Source: Eledone cirrhosa | Lineage: Eukaryota | Assembly: GCA_964016885.1 (NCBI GenBank) | Contig: CAXHJY010000194.1 | Span: 1-64,000 of the forward strand | Direction of reading: 5' to 3' | Length of the DNA: 64,000 nucleotides | Shown: positions 38,417 through 51,989 of the stretch, piece by piece | Layout: each line of letters starts with the position of its first letter | Numbering within the stretch: the first letter of the stretch is position 1 | Program-made: the position numbers and the translations under genes | The notes under the pieces: generated by a model | What the model was told of the DNA's origin: nothing | What the model saw: only the letters and a program-made list of their open reading frames with translations | Database searches by the model: none

Positions 38417-39386
38417 TGAGAAGTTTCTACTTCACATTGTTCTTTTCATTATCATTATTATTATTTTGTGGTCAATTAAAGAAATCATTGTTGGTTTTTT
38501 TTTTTATTATGGAAGTGATGAAGTGGCGGAACAGTTAAAGCATCAGACAGAAAGTTTTACAGTATTTGTTCTTTAAGTCCTGAGTTCAAATCCCGCCCAG
38601 GTCAACTTTGCCTTCCATCATTCCGGTGTCTATAAAATAAAGTACCAGTTAAGTACTGGGGTTGATGTCATTGACTTCCTCTCCCTGAAAATTGTTGGCC
38701 TTGAGCCTAAATCAGAAACCATTATGATTATTATAAAACTCTATGCTTTGAAGCATAGAGTTACGGCCCTTTATGATCTGAGTTCAAATCCCGCCGAGGT
38801 TAACTTTGCCTTTCATCCTTACGGGGTCGATAAAATAAAGTACCAGTAATGTACTGGGTAATTGCTGGCCTTGTGCCTAAAATAGAAACAATTATGATTA
38901 TTATAAAATTTATCATCATCATCATCATCATCATTCGGAGGGCAGTGGATTAGCAGTAATAGGTAGAGCATCAGGCAACATGCTTTGTGGCATGTAGTTG
39001 CGTTTCTTTACTTAGTTCAAATCATGTCAAAGTTAGCTTTGCCTTTCATCGCTTTGTTTGATAAAATAAAGTACCAGTAGCACGCTGGGGTCAATTTAAT
39101 CGACTTTCTCCTTCCTCAAAATTGCTGGCTCAGTGCCTAAATCAGAAACCCGTATCACCGTCGTTCAGACAGTGAATTAGCAGTATCAGTAGAACATCGA
39201 ACAAAATGCTCTGCAGCATTTAGTTATAGCCCTTTATGTTTTGAATTCAAATCTCACCAAGGTCAACTTTGCCTTTCATCCTGCTAGGCTCAATAAAATA
39301 GTCTTGTACTAAAGCCGATGTAATTTTGAGTTCCTTTCCCTTAATTGAATGTCCTAGTGCCTAAATTAGAAATCATCATCATCATC

Positions 39387-39421
<35 letters not shown>

Positions 39422-41039
39422 ATTTTTTATTATTTCATTATCATCATTCGGATGTTGAATTTTTAGAATGGGTAGATTGTTGAACAAATTAATTATAACA
39501 TTTTACATTCTGGGTTCAAATCTCACCAAATTCATCTTTGCCTTTTGTCCTTCTGGAATCAATAAAATAATGTACCAGTTATGTTTTGAGGTCACTGTGC
39601 CTGTTCAATAGAAACTACAACAGTTAATTTTATCATACCCCATTACTAAGGGTAATATTAGTATAGTTTACAACTAACCTCATGGTCGTTATTGTTGTTG
39701 TTGTTGTTGTTGTTGCTGTTGTTGTTGTCGTTGTTCTCTCTCCCTCCCCCACCCTCTGAAATCACCACCTGATTCCTGAGATTCTGGGTTCGGTTCTTCA
39801 CCCCAAACTCCCACCCCGCCCTCTTGTTGTTGTTGTTGTTGTTGTCGATATGACAGAGATGCCCCTGGTGTACATAATGGGCGCTAACTTGTGACCTGCA
39901 GCACATTCGTCTTTCTGCATGCATCTATCATCACCATCATCACCATCATCATTGTTATTTGCATCAATTATGTACTGGGATCAATATATAATTGAGGCTT
40001 TCTCCCTTTCCTCCCAATTGCTGGTGGGTGGTGTAGTGGCAAAATTGTTGGGACATCATACAAAATGCTTTGCTGTATTATTTCCAGTTCCTTAGTTTCA
40101 AAGTTCTAATCCTGACACAGTCAATTGTGCTCTTCAGCCTCCTGAGCTGGATAAAACACACTACCAGTGATGTAATTAACTCTTCTCCATCTCCTCCCCA
40201 CAAATCTCTGGCCTTAAACGGCAGTCAACTGGCAAATTTGTTTGAGCACCAGTTAAACAGCTTTACAGTAGTTCTGAGTTCAAATCTGACCGCAGTCAAC
40301 TTTACTCTTCATCATTATTGGAGGTTAATAAAATAAGGTATTAGTTAATGACAGGGGTTGATAATCAACTTATTCCACCCCCACCCCTCAAAAATTGCTG
40401 GCTTTGTGCCCATATTAGAAATTATTATTATTTTGAAAATATTGAGAGGAAGGCACTGAGATGAGTACTGAAGTTTTAGATCTCATATATATATATGTGT
40501 ATATCAGACATATCACACATACATACACATATGTACACAGGACCAGTATTACTATTAAGCTTTTAAGGTGCAGACCTTAGAGATATGTATTACTGAACCT
40601 TAAAGGATCACAGTTTTATACAAACTTCTATAAATAATTTAAATATAAAATAATTCCTGTGATCAAGCATGTTTGCCACATAGCAACTTTGTGGAAATAT
40701 CAAAAGTGGTGGAGAGAGTCGTATAGTATTATGACCTGTCTCATAATTTAGCATGGTTGAATATGTTGTTTGCTGTGTAGAAGAAAATTCAGGCTTAGTA
40801 ATTTTTTTAATGTGGTCAGAGCAAAAAGTGCCAAAAACTAGGTTTGTCAGCTTACCAAACTGTAAGTTGAAATTATATTATTTAGGAAAATAAGGTACAT
40901 AACTGGGAGAAGGGCATGCACATTGTAGAGCTAGGGTGTTAAATACCCATGTGCCAAGCCTGTATGTATATATATATAAATGGTTTCTACAGGACTAGAG
41001 CTATTTCATTCAAAAGAAATCATATACATACATAAATCA

Positions 41040-41285
41040 TTGATAATGTTCTTTATTGTGTTCTTTCTGGGTAATAATGCCCCACATTCTGTAGACCTCA
41101 ATCTCATGGTCTTTATATTTAAACAGTTTTTCCATGAACTTAACTGATGTGTTGTCATCTACTGGTATTGACATACCAGCTTACAGGTTATATCTTGAAT
41201 TATATCTGGTGTTTTTTTATTATGTCTGATCTGTTGCTTTGATTTACCTGTCTGTCTGCACTGGCATATCCCATAGGACTATCAT
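41040..41285 (-). mobile_element. R4/Dong-type REL endonuclease fragment
   Basis: Minus strand VLWDMPVQTDR...SIPVDDNTSVKFMEKLFKYKD, paralogous to 42762-43004. Confidence 0.65.
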
Positions 41286-41519
41286 TATTATCATTATTAT
41301 TATTATTATTGCTATTTAGCATTGTCATTAAAGCATCAGACAAAATGCTTTGTGGCATTTAGTTATGTCTTTTCATGTTCTGAGGTCAACTTTGCTTTTC
41401 ATTGTTTTATCCAGACTATAAAATAAAGTACCAGTTAAATCTGGGGTCAATATAATTAAATTCCTCTTCCTCCAAATTGCTGGCTTTCTGTCTATATTAG
41501 AAATTATTATTATTATTAT

Positions 41520-42760
41520 GGATCTTCTACCTGTTAGGTCTCACTAAGGACCTTAGACAGACAGTACTTTCCCAAGTGTGTGCAAGAAATTTGCATGCAG
41601 TTTGAACTTAAGAAGTTTTAGCCTGTGTAGATATGTATGGTATTTTTTTTACATTGTCTTTCATTGGCCCATGTAATGTCTCATCAATCTCTAGGACTCC
41701 TAGATATTTATACCAGCCATTACTTGGATCACTTAATCACTCACCAGATGGTAATTTAATGCCAGTTACATGAGACTTTTTCTTCTCTTTTCACATTGAC
41801 TATTGCACATTTTGTTATGCCAAATTCCATGCCTATGTCCTAGCTGCACAATACGACTGTACTAGAGACTTTACAAATAGTTTGAAATCATCTATAAACA
41901 ATGAGTTGGAAACATCTTTCCCCAACTTATACTCTATTCTCACCTTCCTCAGCGCTATTGATATTGGTATAAAAGCTATGACAAAGAGCGATGAAGAAAA
42001 GGAGTTGTCCTGAAAAATATCTCTGTTTACATTGCCTAGAAATCTATTATATGAGTATGAATTAGTTCTCCAATCCTTCATGCTAGATTCTGCCAATAAG
42101 TTTAGATTACCTGCCATCTTAATCCTTTCATGACTGCATTTCTAATAAAATGCATTCTGTTTCAATTAATTAATGAAGAATTTTTAGTGATTTACTAAAA
42201 TTATTAATTAATTCATTACTAAGAGTAACTTAATGTAAGGTTCTTATATAAAATTATGTTGGAAGATTTTAATTTAAATTGGAAACCTTTAAATTGGGTG
42301 ACTTTATTTCATAGAACCAGGGCTAGTTCTGGCAGGGTATGATAACAAAATGGTTAAACATCTTCATAGGTTCTATAATCCACGAGTGGGTCACTGTATC
42401 GTAAGCTTTTTTTAAAGTCTATCCATTCCGTATTCAGGTTTGTCCTCCAGGATTTACAGTTTTTGATGACTATGTTGTCTATGACAAGATGATCCTTTGT
42501 TCTCGTTGATTATTTTTCCTGCAGTCATTTTGTTATGTAGTGAGGTTATTGGTAAATAAATGATGGTACATTCTCTCAGATAGTATTCCAGTCAAGTTTC
42601 TCAAAAAGGTTTAAATAGATTAATTTCCAGCTACAAGACATTTTCTAGGGTCCTTAATAATAAGAGTGGCTCACTCGTCAACTAACCATCTTGGCACCTC
42701 AATCTATGCAACACCTTCATTAAGGTAGATACCAATGATTTTATGCAGTACATTAAAATA
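41520..42760 (-). mobile_element. R4/Dong-type retroelement RT fragment
   Basis: KKAYDTVTHSWI, DIFQDNSFSSSLFVIA (GIFQGDSLSPLLF-like), LFIDDFKLF and KYLGVLE motifs; the 3' end abuts (TAA)n. Confidence 0.8.
42123..42353. mobile_element. piggyBac-like MITE in the R4 RT
   Basis: TTAA at 42119-42122 and 42354-42357; removal restores PMKMFKMAG. Confidence 0.75.
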
Positions 42761-42769
42761 CTTAATCCA

Positions 42770-44500
42770 GTAGCCATGTGGTCAGCCTCCATATACAGTT
42801 GATCTTTATTTCTAGGTTTTTGTACTTTAACAGTTTTTCCATTGTTTTTACAGATGTATTCTTGTCAGCTGGTACAGCAGTATCTATCAGGCTACATGTC
42901 CTATCTGTTTTGTTTTTTATGATGATATCTGGTCTGTTGGCAGCTATTTCTTGGTCAGTTATCACAGGCATATCCCACAGAATGGATATGTTGCCATTTT
43001 CCATGACTGTTTTTGGTTGGTGTTCATACCATTTGTCAGATATTTGGATGTCATGAAATCAGCAGAGCTTCCAGTGCACATATTTGGTAATGCAGTTGTG
43101 TCTTTTTATAGAATCAGGTTATGCCAGCTATGGACAACCAGAGTTAACAGGAGCTATCGTTTCTTCACATTTGTTACATATTTTACATAGGGTGATAGTT
43201 TTATCTTTCACTATTCTGTGTCTATAGATCTGAGTGTTTAGAGATTGATCTTGTGCAGCCACTAAGAGTCCCTTAGTTTCTGCTTTCAGACCAGCGCTTC
43301 TGAGCCAGGTTAGTGAGCCATGCTGATTAATATCGTTGTCAGAAAGGCCCTCTGGAAATCTACTATGTAGTGGTTTTGTCTTCTATTCACAGTTTAGTTC
43401 CTCTGTTTAAAGTTTCTTTACTTTGATCTTCATGATCTTAGCTAACTGAACAACACTCTAGTGTTGATCTTCTGTGGGTTTATCTTGTTCCTTGTTCAGA
43501 TTTTGTCTAAATTTGCTTTCCTATTTTGTTATTGAGTGTAGTCTTTTATTCTGTTCATGTATGAGTACAGACTTGAGAAGTTCATATTGGGTGTGGTGGA
43601 GATAACTATCCAATCCAATAGTTTCTGTTTAGTATGCAGCTTCCAGTAGTAGGAACCCTTGTCCGTCTTCATTCCTTGAGATATACAGCCTATGTGCATC
43701 AGCTTTAGGGTGGTGCTTTTTCTCAGTTGTCAGTAGCTTTCTGGTTTTAGTGTCCATCCATTGTAGTTTCTGAATGTTCCAGTTTATAATGTTAAAGCTG
43801 TATGTTACCACAGGTACTGCTAGGCTCTTAAGGGTTTTGAATTTGTTATTGGAATTTAGCTTACTTTTTGTTACTAGTCTCATTCTCTTTATGTATTCCT
43901 TCTATATCTTTTCCTTCGTGCTTGCATGCTGGATTCCATTATCCTTCATCAACTCCAAGATATTTGTAAAACTCTTCATTGTTCAGCTCCTTTATGGTGG
44001 TTTGACAGACAGCAGCATCATCCAGTGAATGATCTATATGTTCATGTTCAGTAAGGTTCTCATCCGTGAGAGTTTCAGAAACACTCTCACCATCTGTTGC
44101 TTCTATTGTCTGCCTGTCTTCTTGACTGGGGTTGTTATCTTGCTCTCTTATCTTTGCTTTGGTGGTTTCCAGTTCTAATTCAGTGAGTCTTTTGTTCTTT
44201 CTAATGTCCCTTCTCCCATTTGCTACTTTATTCATGTCCATGTGTTCTCTGGAGTTGGTGTTGGAATACCTCTTTGCATTGACAAGTTCTCTCTTGGAAA
44301 CAGGATGTGGTCATTGGTAATTTGCATGATGATTGATGTGCCATGATTTACTTCTTGTTTCAACTATCATTTTGAAATCAGGGGGTTAGTTTTCTGCCTG
44401 GGTGCTCTCCAATAGTCGCTGACCTAACATGGGTCTAACCCATGCGCCAGTTGGGTTTGTAATGGAGTGTCAAGCACCAAGCCAATATTAACAGGTTGTG
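42770..44500 (-). mobile_element. R4/Dong-type retroelement with RT core deleted (thumb, CCHC knuckle and REL retained)
   Basis: YKYLGV, LAVPVVTYSF, HHPKAD.RLY, C..C EETI...GC, RHN...YVHWK, ILWDMPVITD..IAANRPDII...IDTAVP..EK..KY. Confidence 0.85.
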
Positions 44501-46329
44501 GGTTCCTGTTAATATTTTATCATTATTAGGGCGATGGATTGGCAGTATTGGTAGAGCACCGGAGAACATGCTTTATGGCATATAGTTACATCCCTGTACG
44601 TTATGAGTTCAAATCCCACGAAGGTTTTCTTTACCTTTCATCCTTATAGGGTTGATAAAATAAAGCACCAGTAAAACACAGGGGTCAATTTAACCAACTT
44701 TCCCCTCCCCTAAAATTGCTGGCCTTGTGCCTAAATCAGAAACCATTATTATCATCATTATCAGAGTGGTAGATTGGCAGAATCAGTAAAGCATCAGACA
44801 AAATACTTTATAGTATTTAGTTATGACTTTCTACGTTCTGAGTTCAAATCCCACTGAGGTCAGCTTTACCTTTCATCATTCTGGCATTGATAAAAGTACC
44901 AGTTAAGTACTGGGGTTGATATAACTGACATTCCTCTTCACCCAAATATAGAACCAATTATTATTATTGTTATTATTGTTTATACAAATAAGCTCAGTAG
45001 GTACAGTGTGGTATTTTTCTTTACATTCTGAGTTCAAATCTCGCCGAAGTTAGCCTTGCTTTTCACTATTACAGGGTTGATAAAATAAAGTACCAATAAT
45101 GTACTTGATTCTCCCCTCCCCCCAAAGTTGTTGGCCTTGTGAATAAATCAGAATCCAGTATAGGTAGAGCGTTGGACACTATGCTTTGCAGCATAGTTAC
45201 ATTCCTTTACGTTCTGAGTTCAAATCCCGCTGAGGTTAGCTTTGCCTTTCATCATTACAGGGTCAATAAAATAAAGTACCAGTAATGCACTGGATTCAAT
45301 TTAATCGACTTTCTCCTGCCCCAAAAGTTGTTGGCTATGTGCCTAAACCATTATTATTATTATGGGTAGGTTCTTCAAAAAGTAAGATTTTGGTCCCATT
45401 TTGTTTTTAGTTTAGAAGAGACATTTTTCCCAATGCCTTGTATATTGTCGAGAAAAATGTATAAGTTTAAACCTGGTCCCCCACGCCCTGTAAATACTTT
45501 ATTTCAAATCTATGCAAACCCCCCACCCCCCTATTATTTTGTTTATAACTCCATGTAGCCTAGAATTGGCCCTTATTTATAAGGATATATATATATATAT
45601 ATACACACACTCACACATACATATGTATGTGTGTGTGTGTGTGTATATATATATAGATATGTATAGGTGTGTGTATGTATATACATTATAAGTGTTTATA
45701 TGTGTATATATATATATGTATAGTTGAGTATATGTATGTATATATATGTGTGTGTGTGTATCGTATATAATTGTGTATAAGCTGAGAAATATGTGACAAA
45801 AATTGCTGTTAAAATTGTGTCGTGGGTAGGGTGGGGCAATGTCAGATTATATTTGAGGTCAATGTTTTGTTGATTTTCACCACCTGCAACATCTCCATTA
45901 AAAAGGCACCAAAATATCTGGAATTATACATACAGATACTTGCAGTAATTTCTGTGAGAGAAAATAACAATATTTTAAATACTTTTATTATCATACTTAT
46001 TACATTTGAAAAATATCTCCAAAATATGCATTTTTATGGAAGTTACAAGGAAGAAAAAACCAGGTGCAGTACATTGCATGCTCTCACATAGACACACACA
46101 AACATGCATATGCATACACACATCTTGTCAATTTAAACATTGTTATGGTAAATATAAAAGCTTACATACTTATACAAATACACTGAAACATTGACACTCA
46201 GACACATGCATGCACATTCGTAAATTTGTAATCATGCATAGACAGTAACATTCACTTATGAACATATAAACATAAACTATATATATATATATATTGAATG
46301 ATACATGCATTTAATTCAATATGTGTATG

Positions 46330-46960
46330 GAATAAAAAAAAAAATACTTATTACATTTGGAAGATGGCTAATCATATCTACATACCATACAAATGCAATG
46401 CTCAGACAGATTAAGGAACCCATACATATAACAGAAAATAAACCTACTCTCAATAGGAAGCAAGAATGGAATAGCAACAACCTCAACAAGAATAAATACA
46501 AAGGAGTGCACAAACAGTACCCTCAATAGAATACAAGAATAAAATAACTATCTAGTGAGAGAAAATTATTAAAAGAAGCACACACACACACACAACTTGG
46601 TGGAGAAAGAAGACATAACAACACATAAACACATGAGCATGTACATGCCAAACACAAAAGTTTGTGGAAGAAGCAACATACTAATACATGCATGCTGAGA
46701 CCACAGAAAGACAAGATGGAGTAAATAGATCAAGATCAAAAGAAAGAGAAGTGACAGAAGAGCAAGAATAGTCATTGAAAAAGTCACAGAATGTGTGATG
46801 AAAGAGATTTGACAATTAATTATGACAACTAAATAACCTTCCGGTTACTAAACTAACCAAAGAATGGATCAGTTACCTAACTAATAATAAAACTGAAGTA
46901 AAACTCAACTGATGCGTGTGTTTTTATTGTCTGCATGACTTTCCCAAAGTATAACCGTAA
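46330..46960 (+). mobile_element. Penelope-like 3' remnant (GIY-YIG C-terminus plus 3' region)
   Basis: RQIKEPIHITENKPTLNRKQE resembles the R.IKEA.HI...KP.LN end of PLE endonucleases; followed by (TA)n. Confidence 0.45.
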
Positions 46961-46961
46961 C

Positions 46962-47013
<52 letters not shown>

Positions 47014-47065
47014 TATGTATGTATGTATATGTGTGTGTATATAAATATAAATATATATATGTGTA

Positions 47066-47113
<48 letters not shown>

Positions 47114-47149
47114 CATGTGTATGTAATTGTATATATAAATATGTATGTA

Positions 47150-47990
47150 TCCATTCACTTCTCATGAAATGTTGGGAACCAGCATCAATTTCACAGACTG
47201 GGTTGAGGGAATCTTGATCATCATCTGCAAAGGTAAAGATATTGTACAACTTCCGTGGGATCACAAAACAGGAATCTGTTGGAAAGGTGAGATCTTTGCT
47301 GATGCTGATCGGCGTGCCCTACAATCGGTTCCCTTGTGAAGAATTAGATGCTTTGAGTAGGGCATCTTGTTTGCTTGACTAACACAAGGCTTCCATAGGA
47401 AATCTTTTATGGTGAGCTTGTGCAAGGAAAAAGACCACAGCATAAGCCTAAAAAAAAAGGTTCAAAGATTGTGTTAAGAAAAATGTAAAATGTCTGAGTT
47501 TAGATATAAATCAGTGGGAAAAGCAAGCTCTTGATTGTAATACATGAAGTGAGATACTTAAATCAAGGTGTCAACTATTGGATGAAATGAAAATAGCAAA
47601 AGTGGAGCTAAAACAGGCTCCAAAAAGGGTGAGTTATTAGGGTTTGAAAATATTAATTATTGGAATTACACATTTCTGTCACTGTCTTTCTCTCTAAAAC
47701 CAGTTTTGTAAACCATATGAAAATATATGAACAGACAATGTCACAGGTAGATTATGTTAGAAATCTCCAGATGTGACGACTTATTAAATTTGTAGCATGA
47801 TATGTAAGACAACCTCCAGGTTAAAACGTCATATGAAGGGTCATCAACATAAAATTCCACATCCTGATCCAATAAACCCAGTACATATACTGGCATGTAT
47901 CTGTTACTTGTGCCAAAGACCTTGTAAATCAGTTACCGGATTGAAAAGACATGTGTCCATGGGAGGGTGTAAACTTGATTGAGAGGATGT
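47150..47990 (+). mobile_element. RTE (BovB-like) LINE 3' fragment with C-terminal C2H2 zinc fingers
   Basis: YGELVQGKRPQHKPKK.FKDCVK, then C..ICKTTSRLKRHMKGH and CYLCQRPCKSVTGLKRH. Confidence 0.65.
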
Positions 47991-48100
47991 TGAAATGGCT
48001 ATCATATATATATTCAAATTAAGTGATAAAAACTCTAAGTCTGGGAGTATAAACAAGATACACCAAAAAAAAATGTCTATCTAACTTCCCTTATATATAG

Positions 48101-48184
48101 ATTCCCTACCATGGTTTCGTATGGGGAAGAATTATTATTGGAACCACGAATAATTGAAGAATTCACTACACTCTTCAGGGGAGT
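48101..48184 (-). ncRNA. Type-I hammerhead ribozyme with extended stem II (family I)
   Basis: ACTCCC-CUGAAGA-GTGT..~46 nt..ATAC-GAAA-CCATGG-UA-GGGAAT; intact core, palindromic stem III, GUA triplet. Confidence 0.8.
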
Positions 48185-48279
48185 ATAATTCTAAGAGAAA
48201 TGGAACAAGATATAATACACACTGTTTCCATATGTATGTATACATATATGCATATATATATATGTATGTATATCATCAT

Positions 48280-49960
48280 CATGAGTTGTCATGGTATGAG
48301 GCTAGCCAGGTTAGGTGACCACGTCTTGTTCATACAAATTTGTTTTGGTCATGGTTTTCTATGGCTGGATGCCCTTCTTAATGCCAACCACATTACAGCT
48401 TGCACTGGGAGCCTTTCTTATACCAGCATGACTACTTTGCAGGTAGACTGTTTTTTTTTTTTGTTATGTCATCAGCATGACAACCTTATTGTTTGGATTG
48501 AGTGCTTTTTTCGTTGTCGCACCAGCACTACTCCCATACATGGTGAACTCGGTGTTTTTGCTGTCCATCGCCCAGCACTGTGGGAGAGAAAATTCAATCC
48601 TTGAGAAGTTTGTGTGAAGTCGGCTTTTACCACATCATCCCAAGATTTCCTAGATCTTCCTTTTCTATAGTTTCTGACAACTTCAAGCACCTTGCACCTT
48701 TTTATACAGCTGTCATCCTCCATATGCACTACGTGTCCATATCACCACCATCTCCTCTCCTGTTCACTGCATTTGATACCTCTTGTGCCCAGTTTCTCTC
48801 TCAGTTCATTGATGCTTCATCATTCACTACTGCTAGACATCCTTGGAGCGTGCTTGCCTCATTTCTTTCTAACCTTCATCCTCTGCTCTTCTAGATACAC
48901 ATCTACACCAAGCAACAACAGTCTGCAGAGTAGTGAATCGACATTGGTGACTGTTTTGCACAGTCCAAAATTTGTCCCTTGATTCTGGTCCCCCATGTGA
49001 TGAGAGGCCCCCACACAATATATAAAGAGCACCCCACCTCTGAATAGCTGTGATAACATCTGCTGTATGATTGAATGACACTCCTCATGAGGGCCCCACA
49101 CAGTCAGAAAAATTTACTGAATTTTCAAATCTGATGCATCAAATGTTACACTTCAACATGATACTGCATTTGACATTCCAGATAGCAAGCTATCAGGAAT
49201 TATGTATACATATTTCTATACATGTGTTTATACATGTGTTGCTGAGTACACAACCTTTCACCAACCAGGCCATATACTTTTCTCACATGAACTTAAGACT
49301 CAACCAACCAACTCGCCTTGCATATGTGTGTATATTTTGCATGTGTGTGTGTGTGTGTGTGTTTATACATATGCATATTATCATAGATATACACACACAT
49401 AACAACAACACATTTATATATTGTCCAACATATATGCAGCATATTGAGGAAAAAATTACTGCAGCATCCTTCAACTGGGATTTTTTGACATTTCTTCACA
49501 CAGCAATCATCATCCTTACACATCACAGTCTTCTCTCTTGCACACCACATTTGATTCCTCTTTTATGTAGCTTTTCTTACAGTTCATCCATTCTTTGTCG
49601 TTTGTGCACATTAGCATTGCACATCCATTGAAGCATGTTTGTTTCATTTCTATCCAACCTTTACATATCCTCTACATTCACTGCTCATGTCCTACTAACT
49701 TCTTTCCTACTTACTAAAGCCTTGATTTTTGCCAAGTTTACTCTTAGTCCTTTTTATTGTAAGTTCTGATTCCACAGCCAGAATTTCGTCATTACTTCTT
49801 CCACAGATTCAGCTATAAGAATCAGATCAGCAAACAGCATTTCCCATGGACAGCTAATTTTAAATTCCTCTGTTACAGCCAGAACTATAATAAACAGAAG
49901 CAGGTTGAAGACCAAGTCCTAATGTTCTCCTACCTGCACATTTAATTCCTCTCTAAATTT
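48280..49960 (-). mobile_element. SINE body plus two decayed RTE LINE fragments
   Basis: RKGRSRKSWDDVVKAD and EMLFADLILIAES motifs; SINE motif ggctggatgcccttc. Confidence 0.7.
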
Positions 49961-50019
49961 ACCAGTATTATTAGGTTGACTAAACTTAAGGGTCCTCTCT
50001 ACTCCATGTAAGTATTGTA

Positions 50020-50450
50020 TTCAGAGTGACAGCCCTCCTTGTTGGGTTACCTTTACTACTGCTTACAGAGCCCATGTCTACCACAGTCTTAATTCATTCA
50101 GAGTCACTGTCATCCTAATGGGCTGTCTACCCCTGTGGCTTATGGTACCCAAGTCTGCCTCATGCTTTCTTATTTTATTTGGAGTAACTGAACCCCCAAG
50201 AATGAGCTGCCTTTTCTGTGGCTTACAGAGCCTATGTCTACTCTGTACAGTCATATTTATCTGGAGTGACTGCCCTCCTAGTTAGGCTGCCTTGAGGAGT
50301 CGAGTCCACGTGTACCCCATTCAGTTATGATAACTCTAACATACTGATTTAGGCAGGCTGATTTTTCTCTGTGGCTTATGGAACTCTTGTCTACTTTTCC
50401 CATCCCAAAGTTAAGGTTCCCTTCCCTACAGCTTACGGAGATGACATCTG
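50020..50450. repeat. Degenerate tandem repeat (gtggcttacagagcc..gagtgactgccctcct)
   Basis: Motifs recur 4-5 times at irregular spacing. Confidence 0.45.
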
Positions 50451-51989
50451 TTCCAAAGATAGTTACAGTCCACAAAGTGAGCCGTCACTAAGCATATCCC
50501 ATGGGTATGTGGGGGAAAGTGTCCTTCAGGAAGGTGGTGGTGAGGGGGAAGGGTTGGATATGGCAACAATTTGGCTGGCTGCCAAGACAATGTCTGTTAG
50601 GTTATGGTTTTAGTTTTTAGATATTGGTATAGTATGGACTAGTAACTCCTGAGGGAGTCATAGGGGTTTTTAACAGCATTTTTAGTTGTTTTTTTTTTAA
50701 ACCTGGCAAAGCCCATCTCCTTTCCATGTCTGAATACAGCAGATTTCTTCGAGAGAAGGATAGAGTGAAACAAAGGAAGTGATAAAAAGATATTGAAGAA
50801 GAATAGACCCCTGGATAGACTGGTACTTTTTTATGAACCTCTAATGGATGCTGTTTTGAAAATTAATAGTTGACTAAAAAAAGATGAAAATACAAGAACA
50901 GTTTTTAAAAAAAGGAAACTGGGATACATATGGCATGTATGTGTGTGTGTATAAATATATATAAAGTTAAAGTCTGTCCCCAAACCGGTGTTTATCCCAG
51001 TTTCTACAGCATAAAGCAACTAAGAGTACAAGACTCCTGGAGAGGACATTGGTTCATCTTATGGTTAACTCCCAGCTGCTAATGGCACTCATTTTCAGCT
51101 GAGTGTATTATAGCATTTTCCACCCTCATCAGTGATATTTACTCACTCAGTATTGAAACAAAAATAAGCTACAGTTTATATATTTTCTTGACAAAAAACA
51201 TTGACTGAAGATACTCATTTGCATATAGTGTACACTGGACTATCTAGAATTCATTAGTACCAGCACTAACATAGCGTGATTCATAGTAGATCTAGATATG
51301 AAAGCATATATGTATGATAAACATATATGTCTCACTATGAATGTTTTCAGCTGCGATCATGTCATATAGTGTGATTCATAACATTTGTAGGAAGACGTAT
51401 ATGGTTGTTATATATAAACATATCAAACATGCTTTCATATACACCCTCTATTATGATCTATATAGATCAAGTCAATACTGAAGTGGAGCCCCTGATCTCC
51501 CAAGCAAACCAGGGATCTGTGTCTTGCTTATGTACAGTCTCACTTTTCATTGAGTGCTCAGGAGAGGTTGTTATGGCTTTGACACAACTGAGGCTCCTCC
51601 CAATCCATTGTTTGGCAAGATTTCTATGGCTGGATGTCCTTCCTATCATCAACCACTTTATTGTGTAAATCACCAACACTAGGGAGGTTGTCATGTGATT
51701 ATAAGATTGGTGGTAGAATTTAAAAGTTGAATCAAATTAGTAGTGTTCATCATATATCTTACTGCCCACCCTTGCAAGCAGGGAAAAGCGGACGTAAAAT
51801 GATGATGATGATGAATGATGATGACAGAAAATAATCTAATAACAGGGCATATTAGCCTCCAGAATGGAAAAAAATGGGCATTAGTATGCTTGGGAATCAA
51901 ACCCATACCTCTTATTTTTGCAATAAGCTGATTACACCAACGAGCAAATTGGTGTAACTAACTAGTTTGTCTTGTCTGATGATCCTGTG

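Larger units (their letters stand above)
36898..45360 (+). mobile_element. Cluster of ~16 head-to-tail tRNA SINEs with (TTA)n tails
   Basis: Copies start near 36898, 37119, 37328, 37553, 38510, 38738, 38937, 39168, 39449, 40025, 40218, 41310, 44528, 44764, 44990 and 45160. All are on +, with gagttcaaatccc and gcctttcatcc..gataaaataaagtaccag motifs. Confidence 0.85.
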
